64,000 bases of DNA, taken from the NCBI RefSeq assembly GCF_009914755.1, contig NC_060930.1. One strand, 5' to 3'. Positions 29,049 through 45,485 of the stretch are shown piece after piece (positions within the stretch are counted from its first letter, which is position 1; every line of letters starts with the position of its first letter). This stretch comes from the human T2T-CHM13v2.0 reference genome, Homo sapiens. Below the pieces are notes generated by a model that was not told the origin of the DNA, made no database searches, and saw nothing but the letters and a program-made list of their open reading frames with translations. A program made the position numbers and the translations under genes.

Positions 29049-30649
29049 TGATATAGTTTGGCCTTGTGTCTCCACTCAAATCTCATCTTGAATTGTGATC
29101 CCCACATATCATGGGAGGGAGCTGTAGGAAGTTATTGGATCAAGGAGGAGGATTTTCCCCATGGTGTTCTTATGATAGTGAGTTCTCATGAGATCTGATG
29201 GTTTAAGTGTGGCACTTCCTCCCTTGCTTGCTCTCTCTCCTGCTGCCATGTAAGATGTGCCTTGCTTCCCATTCACCTTCCATCATGATTGTAAGTTTTC
29301 TGAGGCCTTCCTAGTCATGCAAAACTTTGAGTAAATTAAACTTTTTTTTTTTTTGTAAATTACCCAGTCTCAAGTAGTTCTTTATAGCAGTGTGAGAATG
29401 AACTAATACAGAAAGTTGGTACCGAGAGAACTGGACCACTGATATGAAGATACCTGAAAATGTGAAAGCAACTTTGAAACTGTGTAATGGGCAGAGGCTG
29501 GAACAGTTTAGAGAACTCAGAAGAAGATAGGAAGATGCAGGAAAGTTTGGAACTTCCTAGAGACTTGTTGAATGGTTGTGGCCAAAATGTTGATAGTGAT
29601 ATGAACAATGAAGTCCAGGCTGAGGTGGTCTCAGATGAAGATGAGGAACTTCTGTTATCTACAGTAAAGGTCACTCTTGCTAGGCTTTAATAAAGAGACT
29701 GGCAGCATACTGCCCCTGCTCTAGATATCTGGAGAACTTTTAACTTGAGAGAGATGATTTAGGGTATCTGGTAGAAGAAATTTCTAAGCAGCAAAGCATT
29801 CAAAATGTGGCCTGGCTTTTAATAAAAGTTTATGCTCATGTGCATAAAGAAAGAAATGGTCTGAAATTGTCACTTATGTCTACAATAGAAGCAAAGCATA
29901 AAAGTTTAGAAAAATTGCAGCCTGACCATGTGGTAGAAAAGACAAACCCTTTTTCTGGGGAGAAATTCAAACCAACTGCCGAAATTTGCATAAGCAAGGA
30001 GGAGCAGAATGTTAGTAGCCAACACAATGGGGAAAATGTCTCCAGGGCATTTCAGAGATCCTCTCGTCAGCCCCTTCTATCACAGACCCAGAGGCCTAGG
30101 AGGGAAAATTGATTTTATGGGCAGGCCCAGGGCCACACTGCTCCTCTGTGCAGCCTCCTTGGGACTTGGTACACTGCATTCAAGCCACTGCAGCTCTAGC
30201 TTTGGCTAAAAGGGGCCAAGGACAGCTCTGGCAATTACTTCAAAGGGTGGAAGCCCCAAGCCTTGGTGTTAGGCTTGCTGCTGCACAGCGATCAAGAGTT
30301 GAGGCTCAGCAGCCTCTGCCTAGATTTCAGAGGATGTATGGAAACATCTGAATGTCCAGACAGAAGTCTGTAACAGGGGTGGAGAACTCATAGAGAACAT
30401 CTACTAGGGCAGTGCAGAGGGGAAATGTGGCATTAGAAGCTCCATACAGAATTCCCACTGGGCCACTGCCTATTGGAGCTGAAGAAGAGTACCACCAACA
30501 TCCCCCAGACCCTTGAATGATAGATCCATCAACAGCTTGCACTGTGCACCTGGAAAAGCTGTAAGCAATCAATGTTAGCCTGTAAAAGCATCAGCGGGGG
30601 ATGTACCCTGCAGAGCCACAGAGGCAGAGCTGCCCAAGGCCTTGGGAGC
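29049..30649 (+). mobile_element. THE1D/C-like 5'LTR (29049-29410) plus truncated internal region
   Basis: tgatatagtttgg...aactaataca, then gaaagttggtacc and THE1-int homology matching 5529-6770. No 3' LTR. Confidence 0.9.
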
Positions 30650-31437
30650 TATATTAGTTCATTTTTGCACTGCTGATAAAGATATACCCAAGACTTGGCA
30701 ATTTACAAAGGAAAGAGGTTTAATAGACTTACAGTTCCATATGGCTGAGGAGGCCTCACAATCATGGTGAAAGGCAAGGAGGAGCAAGTCACATCTTACA
30801 TGGATGGCAGCAGGCAAACAGAGAGAGCTTGTGCAAGAAAACTCATTTTTAAAATCATCAGATCTCATGAAATTTATTCACTATCACAAGAAGAGCACAG
30901 GAAATTACCTCCCACCAGGCTCCTCCCATGACTTCTGGGAATTGTGGGAGTTACAAGTCAAGATGAGATTTGGGTGGGTGAGCTCTACGTTGGCTCCTTT
31001 CAGCCACAGGAGGAGGAGCTGGGACACAGGGCACTTTTCCTCCTAGGCCTCTGGGCCTGTGATGAGAGGGGCTGCCATGAAGACTTCTGACATGCCTGGA
31101 TACATTTTTCTCATTGTCTTGGTGGCTAACATTCAGCTCCTTGTTACTTATGTGAATTTCTGCAGTTGGCTTGAATTTCTCCTCAGAAAATGGTATTTTC
31201 TTTTCTAACGCATTGTCAGGTTGCAAATTCTCCAACTTTTATGCTTTGTTTTCCCTATAAAACTGAACGCTTTTAACAGCACACAAGTCACATCTTGAAT
31301 TCTTTGCTGCTTAGAAATTTCTTCTGACAAATACCCTAATTATCTCTCTCAAGTTCAAAGTTCCACAAATCTCTAGTAAAGGGGCAAAATGCCACCAGTC
31401 CCTTTGCTAAAACAAAAAGAGAGTCACCTTTGCTCCA
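30650..31437 (-). mobile_element. THE1B-like LTR (30650-~30978) plus deleted internal fragment, inverted relative to its host
   Basis: tatattagttcatttttgcactgctgataaagatataccc. Antisense THE1-int (track ORF ENLQPDNALEKKIPFSEEKFKP). Confidence 0.87.
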
Positions 31438-31981
31438 TGCAGAGATGCCTTGACCTTGGCATGCCCAGGGAAGGGATGGGAGCTCTGGGCCTCTGTCTAT
31501 ATCTGGCCCTACGTATTTCTTTCTGTGTATCCTTTGTAATAACTTTTATAATAAATGGGTAAACGTAAGTGTTTCCTTGACTTCTATGAGCCACTCTAGC
31601 AAATTATTCAAACCCAAAGAGGGGGGTCTTGATAGCCTTTTTTTTTTATAGGAGGTCAGTCAGAAGCACAGGTAAAACAACCCAGGGCTTGCTGTTGCTT
31701 TGGAAGTGGGGCCCTCTTTCTTGAGAGACTAAACCCACAATCTGTATGATCTGACACTATCTCCAGGTAAATGGGATCAGAAATGAATTAGAGGACACCC
31801 AGTTGGCATTCACTTCAGTACTGATTGCTTGTTTGCTGGTAGGGGAAAATCCCCACACATCTGGTGTAAAAAGCCTATTATGAGAGTATAGTGGGAGAAA
31901 CTGAGTTTGTTTTTTCCACTCAATATTATTGTCCCAGTTATGGATTATTTATTTCAAATCACTACATTCAAAACTTTCTTT

Positions 31982-32281
<300 letters not shown>

Positions 32282-32529
32282 AAAACTTTCTGCATTCAAC
32301 CTTGTAGAAAATCAGCCACCAATTATGAGTAACATCCAGCTGTTCTGTTTTCATCTTTATTGTCATTGTTTTGGTAAGGTAGTGATTATTTCTTATTTGA
32401 ATTCATACTGTGTCTGCTAAACTCTCTTGTCACCACCACCACAGCATCATCTCATGCTACCACCCACTTCATAATCTGTCCTCTTCATATTCATCTTTGT
32501 GGCTCTTTAATGATGCTATGCTTTGTATC

Positions 32530-32870
32530 TCCTTTGGAACTTTACCCACTCATTTTCTTCTAACTAGAATGCTCTATCCCTTTTTCATTGACTTACTCCT
32601 ACTTATCCTTGAGTCTGGTCTTAGACAGCACTTTTACTGCAAAGTTTTCTAGATATTCAAGAAGAGATTATATGCCCTTTTTATGGGCTATCTTGTCCTC
32701 TTGATCAAAGAACCATAACAGCTCTTAACACACTGTGCTCTAATTGTAAACTTTGTTATCTGTCTCACTCACTAGCTACTTGAGGGCAGATACTATCTCA
32801 TTTATTGTAGCATTTCCAATATTTTAAAAGATCTTTTATAATTAGTGTTTCAAAATATTTGTTGAATGAA
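32530..32870 (+). mobile_element. L2 3' end relic
   Basis: agctacttgagggcaga and terminal aaatatttgttgaatgaa. Confidence 0.6.
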
Positions 32871-34458
32871 AGGACAAATATGAAAAATGTTATTACAGAA
32901 ATGGGTATAGAAACAAGATTTCAAAGTTACTTATTTCCTATAGACTTGAATAAATCAAACAGCAAATGTTAAGATACAGGTTCATTTTCTGATTATATTG
33001 GGCCTTTTCTAATTATATTGCAAGACAAATGAAATATTTGCCTCATGTATATGCACTTTTAACATCTAATCACATAGCTATATTGTAGACGTTTCTGATA
33101 ATTTAACATGCATAATTCCATGTTTCAAGTTATACATTATCCCTTAATAAGGATTCATTGTAATCAAAGCAATATTAGCATGTTCTCTGTTACAAGGAGA
33201 GACCAGATGGACCACTTGTCTGTCGATTTAAGTTATCATAATCCAGGATATAGTGTGCATCCTCCTATACATACCTAAAAAAGCATATGATCTAAGAGTT
33301 TCTTACATTGTATACTACCTGTTAAAAAGTACCTGTATAAATATTATCTTTATGGGTTTTTATTAAGATTTAACTGATTGAATTTTTTAGTGTGAACTAA
33401 ATTATATGTCAAATACACAAGATTTGACATAGTTATTTAAGATCTGTTCAGACTATAGTTGTATTATTTTATAAAGGCAACAAGGTAGTTTAGGCTTAGT
33501 TAGCCACAAGAAAAATATGTGTCTATTTTTTTGTTGTTGTTTGTTTGTTTGTTTTTAACTGCCATGACTAAATTCTGCCTTTGATTTGATGACCTAAGGC
33601 AGACCTTTCATTTTGCACATTTACTGTAAGGTTGATGGATGGAAAGATGGATGAACAGATGGATGAGTACACTATTGGGTGTCCCCTCAGCTGTCTGAAA
33701 TTCTCTGAATGATAATGCATAATAATGTCATATGAATAAAAATGCTTCATGAAAATGAAAATGTTGGAGTGTTGTGAATCTAAGTCAAATAATGCCTTTT
33801 TAGAAGTTAATTTTCAACCTTTTTCAAAGTTAATATTAAAAAGTCCCATTGTAAATTCATATGACTTTACTATCTTTGTGAATGTATCATCCAGTCTCTT
33901 TGTACCTAATCATATATAGAGCAAAGCATCTCAACATAACTCAAATGTCATATGGATGCATGCCAGCTATTTATTTAAATAATTTTAAATGTCTGCATAG
34001 AAAGTTGGCATTGAATGACTTAATTATCTTAATTATTGATTTGAATCTTTAAAATATCACAGCAATCAGCAATAAGCAATTGAGACTACTTATTGCTCTT
34101 AATCTATTCACCTGTTATTAAGATGTTGATTAGGTAAAATGAATCATCAACAGAACTAAGTTTAACTTTTGTCATATCTAGAACTGATAGTCCCACAACT
34201 TCCTCTGTCATTAATTGTACAGCACAAATGTCAAGGCCAGTGTTCATTTTCAAAATTAAAATTCCTGATTTGCAAACCGTAAAACCTTTTCCAATGACAG
34301 TACTCTCACAGTGTAGAACAAACAAAACTTATATGTTTAACTACTAGATATCTTAGTTGCTGTATCAGATATTTTCATAATTTATTCCAATGTATATAAT
34401 TTTTTCTGTTTGTCATTTCAATGTTTTTATTGAATACATGATACTTATGGCAAGAATT

Positions 34459-34791
34459 CAGTTATGCACTGCTTGATCATGGGGATATATTTTGAGAAAT
34501 GTGTCACTAGGTGATCTTTTTGTTGCATGAACAACATACAGTGTACTTACACAAACTTAGATGTTATATCCCACTATACACGTAGGCTATATAGTGTAGC
34601 CTATTTCTCCTAGGCTACAAACTATATAGCATGTTATGATACTGAATACTATAGGCAACTGCAACAAAATGGTATTTGTGTATCTAACCATAGGAAAGGT
34701 ACAGTAATAATATGGCATTATAATCTTATGAGACCACTGTCAAATATGTGGTTGGTCATTGACCATAACATTGATATTCAGTGCAAGATCA
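34459..34791. mobile_element. Tigger3a (MER7A)-like non-autonomous DNA transposon
   Basis: cagttatgcactgctt...gagaaatgtgtcactagg...gtgtacttacacaaacttagatg...cctaggctacaaac...aaaggtacagtaa. Confidence 0.85.
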
Positions 34792-34904
34792 TATTTATAA
34801 GTGTACCATTTGGTCCCTTTGTATATAATCATGTATAGTTTATATATTGAGCATGTTTGAATAAACAGTAATCATAATCTTTCAAAAAGAAGTTTGACAC
34901 AAAG

Positions 34905-35100
34905 AGAGTGTACTAGGACTAAACTGACCTGAGTTCCATATTAGTTCTGTCACTCAATAACTGTATAAACTTAGTCAAGTTACCTGATACCTATGCACTT
35001 CTTTTTTTCCTTATAAATATATACATAAAACTATCTACTTCTGTGTGTTATTAAAAAGTTTCATGGGATTACTAATGTAAAGTGCCTGTATGTCATTAAA
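34905..35100 (+). mobile_element. MIR relic
   Basis: gacctgagttcc...tctgtcactcaataactgtataaacttagtcaagttac...aatgtaaagtgcct. Confidence 0.6.
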
Positions 35101-37561
35101 TAGGCTGTTTTACTTTCCTTTTAAGTGGAAGAAAAAGGAAGATAATTATTACTGAAGTTATTGTTGAGTCTTCTAATAATATGAAAATGAGGAACATAAG
35201 ATTTTCTTTTGATTGTTGAACTGTAAAATCAATATGTATTTTGTCAGCAGAGGGACAACAAAATAACCCAAAAGAGGCAAAATTTGAGTCTCTTTAATTG
35301 ACTATGTTATCTTAGTCAAAAAAAGGACAGTGCAGAAGAAGATAGATATGTAAGCATCTCAGAAGCAAGCATCATCAGGGTCTATCCAAGCTGTACTCAA
35401 GAGGAGAGGGAGGTTTCACAGATATGTTAAGCCTTCCTAGCCAACTTTTTTGGATCCATTGGCATGTAGTTTCAAGAGTCCAGGTAAGTACTACATCACA
35501 TGCCCTTAGGCAATTGGTTCTTCGTCCATGCTCATGCTCACACAGATGACTGTGATTTAACCTCCCATTTAAGTGTATTCACATAGCAAATGAACATGTG
35601 TTTCCACACAGATTTTGAGAAGTATCATTATGATATTAATAACAGGTTTTTTTAACTGTAACTTAATATGTTGGTGGAAAAATATTTGCAATGTATGTGA
35701 TGGTAATTTTATCTGCCTTCAAGACAGATATAAATATATACTTATAAATATGTATATATATTTATGTATTTATATATTTTAATATATATAAAGATAAATG
35801 CACATATGCATCTATGCATATGTCAAGACTGACATATATGCATTTATCTTTATATATATTAACATATATAAATATATGCAGATATACAGGTAGATAAATA
35901 TATAGCTATAGATATAAATATCACACTGATATAAATATAGATATAGACATAAATATGCCAATATAATCCTTGCTCTGTGCACTTATGTTCTACTCATTTC
36001 TTTTCACTTGGGATAATAATGTTTGTGGCTCTGGCTTTCATATATATATATATGTATACGTATACATATATATATACTTTTTTTGTAGAAGCACTTTTGT
36101 TCATGTGAAAAAACGAGACATTGTCTATCACTATTATGGGGGAAATTTGTCATCCTATCTTCATTTTCTACTTTAGTTTGGGAAGATCTCTTTGGTTACT
36201 TTGTGTTTACAAGTCAGGACAACAATGGGTAATTGGGTATGTAGGCGAGGTTGGTTGGTCCCTGCCATACATATGAACATCCAGAGGTCGTGTGTGTGTG
36301 TGTGAAAAAAAGAAAAAGAGCCTGGACAAATTCTGAACAAATCAATTAGAAAAATATCTCTGGGAAACGTGAAGGTGAGCTTGTATTAGTGGACAGAGTA
36401 AGAATAGACTAAAAAGTTTGATGTTTATCATGTCATCTGAGATAAGTCAGGGAAGGACTTTAAGCAATACTGTTTTGATTAGATTTATATCTTATTTTGT
36501 CAACACTAGTAACAGCAAGGACAATTGATTGGTAAGGGGAAGAGGAGGTCTTCAGGCTATGGTGGTCTTATCAGATTTAAAAATATAGCTACTAGGTGAC
36601 AGTAAGAACAAGGAGCAAAAAACAAAGTGAAGAGCTATTTTTTCACATTTCGTATTTTGATTCAGTTTGTATCCATCATGAGAAGAAAGACCCATGTACA
36701 GTGAATGCACTAAACACTCTTCAAGAAGCAGTTTTTCTGTGTTCCAGGGTTTTTAACAGGAATGGGATATGCAGTAATTCGATGCTTTCTATGTCTGTTA
36801 TATTAAATATGATAGTCTTTGTTCTTTATTGTGTGCTGCATTTTATGTACACTTCCTTTGTAGAACAATTAGAGTCTCATTTTGCAGTTTTCCATTTTAG
36901 GTGGATGAGACTAACTGCTCGGTCTTGTGTTCTGACCATTCCTCACAGGGTTTAACTCATCATAGTCATTTTGAGGCCATTTTGTAATTAACTGTAGATG
37001 CTAATTCTTTGTGACCTATGCACACTCAGGTCAACAACACTTAAACACTTAGTCAGCTACAGCCCAAGAGTTCCCTGACTAATATCCCTACTTCCTACTA
37101 ACACCTCCCAATGCTATTCTCTCTAAATGTTATCTCTTTTTCTATGTGTTCATATCCATCTCTGCTGAACTGTTTTCTGTACTTGAAGACTCTATTGAGC
37201 ATGTATATGTATGTGTGTAGCTGTGTTTGTGTGTGAATCTCTAAGACATGGACAGTCTAGAGAACTGCACTCAAAGTCCAGAAGGACAATACTATTTTCA
37301 TAATAAAATTGGGTTATTATTTGCTTAACTTATTCTTATGAATCTCCAGTGGATTTTTCCACAGACTACCTGACATATTTACAATTACCTCTGTAAGTAG
37401 ATTTTATCCATGTACTTTAATCAAGGCATCATAATGCATCAGATTAAATGTGGGGGCAAAAATAAGAATTTGACTATCTTCTATTAAGCCAGACGCATTA
37501 AATGGATCTTCAAAAATGCAAAACAATGTGACTTTTCTCTTTAATTTTTGAAAATATTGGG

Positions 37562-37864
37562 TTTTTTGTTTGTTTTTGTTTTGAGATGGAATCTTACTCT
37601 GTCATCCAGGCTGGGGTGCACTGGTACAATCTCGGCTGCCTGCAACCTCTGCCTCCCAGGTTCAAGTGATTCTCCTGCCTCAGCCTCCCAAGTAGCCAGG
37701 ACTACAGGCACACACCACCATGCCCAGCTAATCTTTGTGTTTTTAGTAGAGATGGAGTTTCACCAGGTTGGTCAGGCTGGTCTCAAACTCCTGACCTCAA
37801 GTGATCTGTCCGCCTTGGCTTCCCAAAGTGCTGGGATTTCAGGTATAAGCCACAGTGCCCACCC
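37562..37864 (-). mobile_element. AluSx/Sz-like
   Basis: Full-length Alu. TSD aa(a/g)atattg. Confidence 0.92.
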
Positions 37865-39203
37865 CAAGATATTGTTATTTTTATTAAAGTATTTAAGATA
37901 ATAGATTTTGGTAGTAATTTTTAAATCACTTAGCATATAGGCATTTAAACCTGATATTAGCTTTAATTTCTAATATAGTTAATATTAATAGGTATAACAC
38001 ACATAAACTCTCTTTACAGTCCTCAATAATTTTTAATGATATAAATTGGCCCTGCATCCAAAAAGTTTCAGAACAGTGTCCTGGAGGACACTTAGAAATC
38101 TAATAAACATTTAGTATTCTTGTTGCAGACATTGGTAAATAGAAGTACATCATTAGACATTTTAGCTCACAGGAATGAACTATTATAAAATAGAACAGGG
38201 CCCAAATTTTCCCCCTTCAACAGCTATTATATTAATCATGCAACCTATCTTCTCTGCAAGGTATCAACACACTAATTCACAGCAGAGAGCATCACAGGAA
38301 TGGTTAGAGAGGGAACTGAGCCTATATGTGATTCTGATCACTTACAGAGCACCATCTACTTAAACTTTTTAACTGTAAATCCTTAAATGGTGCTTTATAT
38401 TACTACCTGGTGGCAATTAGGAATTTCATGCTGAGTTGCTACAACCCTACTTATAAAATGTAGGTTTGATTAAGAATAAATAGCAAACAAGCTCCCAAGA
38501 TAAACATATTAGGATAATATAAAAGTCACAAGTCAGAAATGAATATAGTCCTTGCATGAAAATTTTCCACATCAAGTACATTAAAAGATCTCCATAAGAA
38601 CAGGAGGCTCCTTTTTTTATAGCATGATTCCAATCATTATTATTTGGTGATTTCAATACCTACACAAAATATCAATTCAACCTTGCCCTCTCAGTAGTGT
38701 CTTGACCTTCTATCTTCAGAGATCTTGTCTATTATTTCATTTCAAGCAAGCATTCTCATGTGCATACCCTAGGTGCTTATTATTACCTTTTTCCATACCA
38801 TTTTTAAAACATAATTTTAACTATCCTAATAAGTGAAGGAATTTTACATTAGGACATTAATTACAAGAGCAGCGAATTATTATTCTAAAGTATCTTTTAT
38901 ATTCTCCATACCCTCTAAGACACACCAAAAAGTGCCTTCTAATTACACTCTATCACTTGTTCATACTTTTGATCGCTGACCTTGTCCTGGGCTAATTCTC
39001 AGCTGTCACATGTTCCTAAAATATCTGTCTCTGTCTCTAAGAAATGTGACTTTTTCTCTTCCTCCTTCCACCCACATCAGAAAAACTCTTGATTTCTTAG
39101 GAAGCTGAAGTAGTATTATTTCCCAATATATTCCAGTGTATGGCAATATAGGCATAGGTATGACACTGAAAATTGAAGATAAAATAGCAATTTTATATAC
39201 CAA

Positions 39204-41663
<2,460 letters not shown>

Positions 41664-43456
41664 CCATAGCTAATGGGGTGAAATAAATTATATTTTTTAG
41701 TACGTGTATTGGATTTATGTGTGTATGTAAGTGTGTGTACAGATGTTGGTGGTAATGTAGCGCTCTCTCTCTCTCCCCTCTTTTTCTTGTTGACATTATT
41801 CTCCTTCTCCTCCTCCTCCTCCTGCTCCTCTTTTCTGCCTTTTCCCCTTATTCCCAACTCCTGTCCTAGGATGAAACACCATCTTTGTTCTCTTTTTTCT
41901 TTTGGAGTGTGTGATATATTCACAACACATTAAAAATATATTTATTATTATTATTATAAACTTCATAATTTAAACTTAAGCTCCAAAAATTTCTAATTAA
42001 TTTGTTCACAGTTTTAGTATTGCAGAATAAAAGGCATTTTTCCAGGCAGAAATTACAGTTTTTATTTTCTAAAGTGTCCAGGGTTTCAGGTACTACAGAG
42101 TCGTGGAACTTGAACAGATGGTACTTTGCAATTAATATGAATTTTAAAAGCCAAATGCTGTGCGCATAATAATATTTGCTTTGCCCATTATTAAACATTG
42201 AATTTTACTCATGTACTCCTTTAAAAAATTACTCTACACTCTACCACCTTTGACCTTACAGGAGATCAGGAAATTGAGAAGTTATTGAGTGAGGAGATCC
42301 AACAAAATTACAATTACAGAAACCTCTGAGTGCTGCATGTAATTGAATTTATTCACAAGCCAAAAATCAATGCAGCCATCCAGAAACACACCAAATGTGA
42401 CATTCAGTTTTTTATGCTTTATCAAAGCTAATTGATGTTGGAGGAAATAAATTAGAGAAATAGTTAGTGTTATAAAAGGAGTCCTTAAGGATATACCAAA
42501 TAACCATTCATAAGAGCTAAGGGTAATTCATATTTTTGAACGACCATTTGATAGTGGCAACTGAGATTAACTCTTTTTCCTTCTTAAACTCCAGCCCTTA
42601 CAATTCCTCCCTACATTCCTATGGGAAGAAGCAAAAGAAAGAAATCCATTTGTGGTTTGATATCGATGTGATAATTTTTGATATATCTGTTTTGGGACTA
42701 AAAGTAAAAAATATCATAGCTAATGGACTAAAATACTCATTTTTACATATTTTTTGAGAAATTATGTAAATATTTACATCTATGTTACAGTAAAATACTG
42801 CTATTTAAAAAAAAAATCTAAGGAGAAGGCCTAATATCACAAAGTCTCATTTCTTTGTTTGGTTGACATAGTACTTAGGCTCTTGTTTCCCACCCAAATA
42901 GACCATCACTCTTTATAGACAAAGCCACATGTGCAGATATTCCTACATGTCCAAATCTTATAAGTACTACAGGGCCCAGTTCCCTTCACTGTGCCAGATG
43001 AATATAGGTATTTCCTTCTGGTGACTTCAGATAAAATGTTTTAACAATTATTTCTATATAGGGCTTAGTTTGTTTATATCCACAGGATAAAAAAATAAGT
43101 CCTATGTAGAAATAACTATTCAAGGTATGCTCTGTAGACAGGTAATGGTCTTCAAACTGCTATCAGACTGTAAAAATTAAGCTCAGAAATTGAGAGTAAA
43201 TACTTAAAAGTTGTATACCATCTTGAGATGTAATTTTATGTCTGCTGGACTTAATTTTAGAAATTGGAAGCTGTACTTTGTATGCATTCTTTTCTTTATG
43301 TTTAATTTTCTAATGATTCATTTTAATTGCTGCTCTGAACTGAATTGTGTACTCCCAAATCCACATGTTCTGGCCCTAACCATAATGTGACTGTATTTAG
43401 AGATAACACCCTTAGGGAGATAATTAAAGTTAAATAAGGTCATAAAAGTGGGACCC

Positions 43457-44015
43457 TATCCTAGTCTGTTTGGGCTCCTATAACAAAATATCGTTGACTA
43501 AGTAGCTTAAAAACAACAAAAATTATTTATTTGTTTATTTATTTATTTACTTATTTGAGACAGAGTCTTGCTCTGTCACCCAGGCTGGAATACAGTAGTG
43601 CCATTATGGCTCACTGCAGCCTCTGCCTCTTGGGCTCCAGTGATCTTCCTATCTCAGCCTCCTGAGTAGCTAGGACCACAGGTGTGTGCCACTATGCCTG
43701 GCTGTTTTTTTTTTTATTTTTTGTAGAGACAGGGTCTCACTATGTTGCCTATGCTGGTCTTGAACTCCTGGGCTCAAGCGATCCTTCTGCCTCAGGCTCT
43801 CAAAATGTTGGGATTACAATAAAGTGATGGCATGAGCCATCACTTTCAGCCTAAAACATTTATTTTCAATAGTTCTAGAGGCTGGGAAGTCCAAGATCAA
43901 GGAATTGGCAGATTAATTATCTGATAAGGGACTGTTTCCTAGTTCATAGATGGTGGTTTCTCTCTGTGATCTTATGTGGTGGAGGGGACAAGGCAACTCT
44001 CTGGGGTATCTTTTC
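43457..44015 (-). mobile_element. MLT1A-like LTR fragment containing an AluJ
   Basis: tagtctgtttgggctcctataacaaaata...agttctagaggctgggaagtccaagatcaagg. Confidence 0.78.
43524..43851 (-). mobile_element. AluJ (Jo/Jr-like)
   Basis: J-type features (gctcactgcagcctc, ttttgtagagacagggtctcactatg, ctgggctcaagcgatcc). Carries a 10-bp insertion, ataaagtgat. Confidence 0.9.
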
Positions 44016-44532
44016 CTAAATAAATAGGGCTGATGACCTTATACGAAGAGGAAAAGACAACAAAGATCTTACTCCTCTGTGTGACCACAAAGAAAAGGCC
44101 ATTTGAGAACACAGTAAGAGAGCAGAAGTCTGCAAGCCAGAAAGAGAAGCTCCACAAGAAACCAAATCATCTGGCACCTTAATCATGGACACCTAGTCTC
44201 CAGAACTGTAACAAAATACTTAACTGTTGTTTAAGCCACCCAGTCTATAGTATTTTGCCATATCAGCCAAGCTAAGACAAAGTACTTGCCTCGAATAATG
44301 GGGCTTAACAATCTAATTTTTTTGTATGATAATGAAAAGTTATAGGAAGATCTCCAGTTTTTAACAAAAATTTCCCTAATATTTTAAAGTCAGGGTAGGT
44401 TTCTTGCTTTCCTCACACCCTATAAATATCCTTAATTGCAATATATATCATACTGTGTTTTTAAAGTTTAATGTTTGCATAATACCTATGGTCTTTCAAT
44501 CATAAAAGACAAATTCTCAGTGCCTACACTAA

Positions 44533-44842
<310 letters not shown>

Positions 44843-45485
44843 GGAAATCTGTTTTCCTTTTAAAAAAAACTCCAAGTGGTTCTGATTCAGATGACTCTGA
44901 AATATATTGCTACTTCATAGTTATCTACTTGTCACTCTATATCCTCCATTTAGATATAAATTTCTTAAAGGAAAAGAACTTTTTTGTGTTTAGTGTTGTG
45001 TCCACTGGGACCAACCTAATCTGTTTCTGATTATATGCTGAATAAGTATTTATTTTAAAAATTACTCATTAGTCAAAAAATATTCAGTAACCTCAGGCTC
45101 ATTACTGACTTGGTCTGGAAATGATAATTAATCACCTAAAATATGCTCTGTTTTATATTTTTATTACATAAAATGTTATATTTACTTTTTTATCTATAAT
45201 ACTGTGATTTAAATGATATACATCAAAATTCTGGAATGACATTGTTAAAGCTTATGTTGAAATGTGAAAAATTAAGACTATACAAATAATAAATATTGTA
45301 TACCTACAAGTTTAGTATGCTACTTTAAAATTAGATCTATATGTTTTTGTGAACTTGAACCCTAGAAACTGGGTTAATTTCAAGTCAAGTAATTCTGTCA
45401 TGAAAGAATGGAAAGCTAAGTTTATTATTAGTGTAGATAGTTCCTTTGAGTTCTGAAATAATTCGAATTATTCATTTACTCCAAC

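Larger units (their letters stand above)
28964..31922 (+). mobile_element. MER21-like LTR (5' piece 28964-29048, 3' piece ~31437-31922), hosting THE1 elements
   Basis: 5' piece ggtccatggttctaggctcataatcctcatagc. 3' piece gagccactctagcaaatta...aacccaaagagggg, gatctgacactatctccaggta, gaattagaggacacccag. Confidence 0.75.
43331..44279 (+). mobile_element. MLT1A0-like LTR (43331-43456 and ~44016-44279), interrupted by an antisense MLT1A fragment
   Basis: tgctctgaactgaattgtgt...aaggtcataaaagtgggaccc, resuming aatagggctgatgaccttata...gtttaagccacccagtctatagtatttt...gctaagaca. Confidence 0.8.

Noticed and set aside
29360-31235. Many ORFs of 63-104 aa, with similar ones at 5946-7129 and 39992-41038
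   Set aside because: They are decayed THE1 LTR and internal sequence. The frames are broken differently in each copy.
36596-36955. 119-aa ORF in non-repeat sequence
   Set aside because: It has a GTG start, no recognisable domain and T-rich composition, consistent with a chance ORF.
37548-37901. 117-aa ORF, with similar ones at 9449, 39548, 44578, 48040 and 59323
   Set aside because: These are typical antisense-Alu translations ([22 protein letters not shown]).
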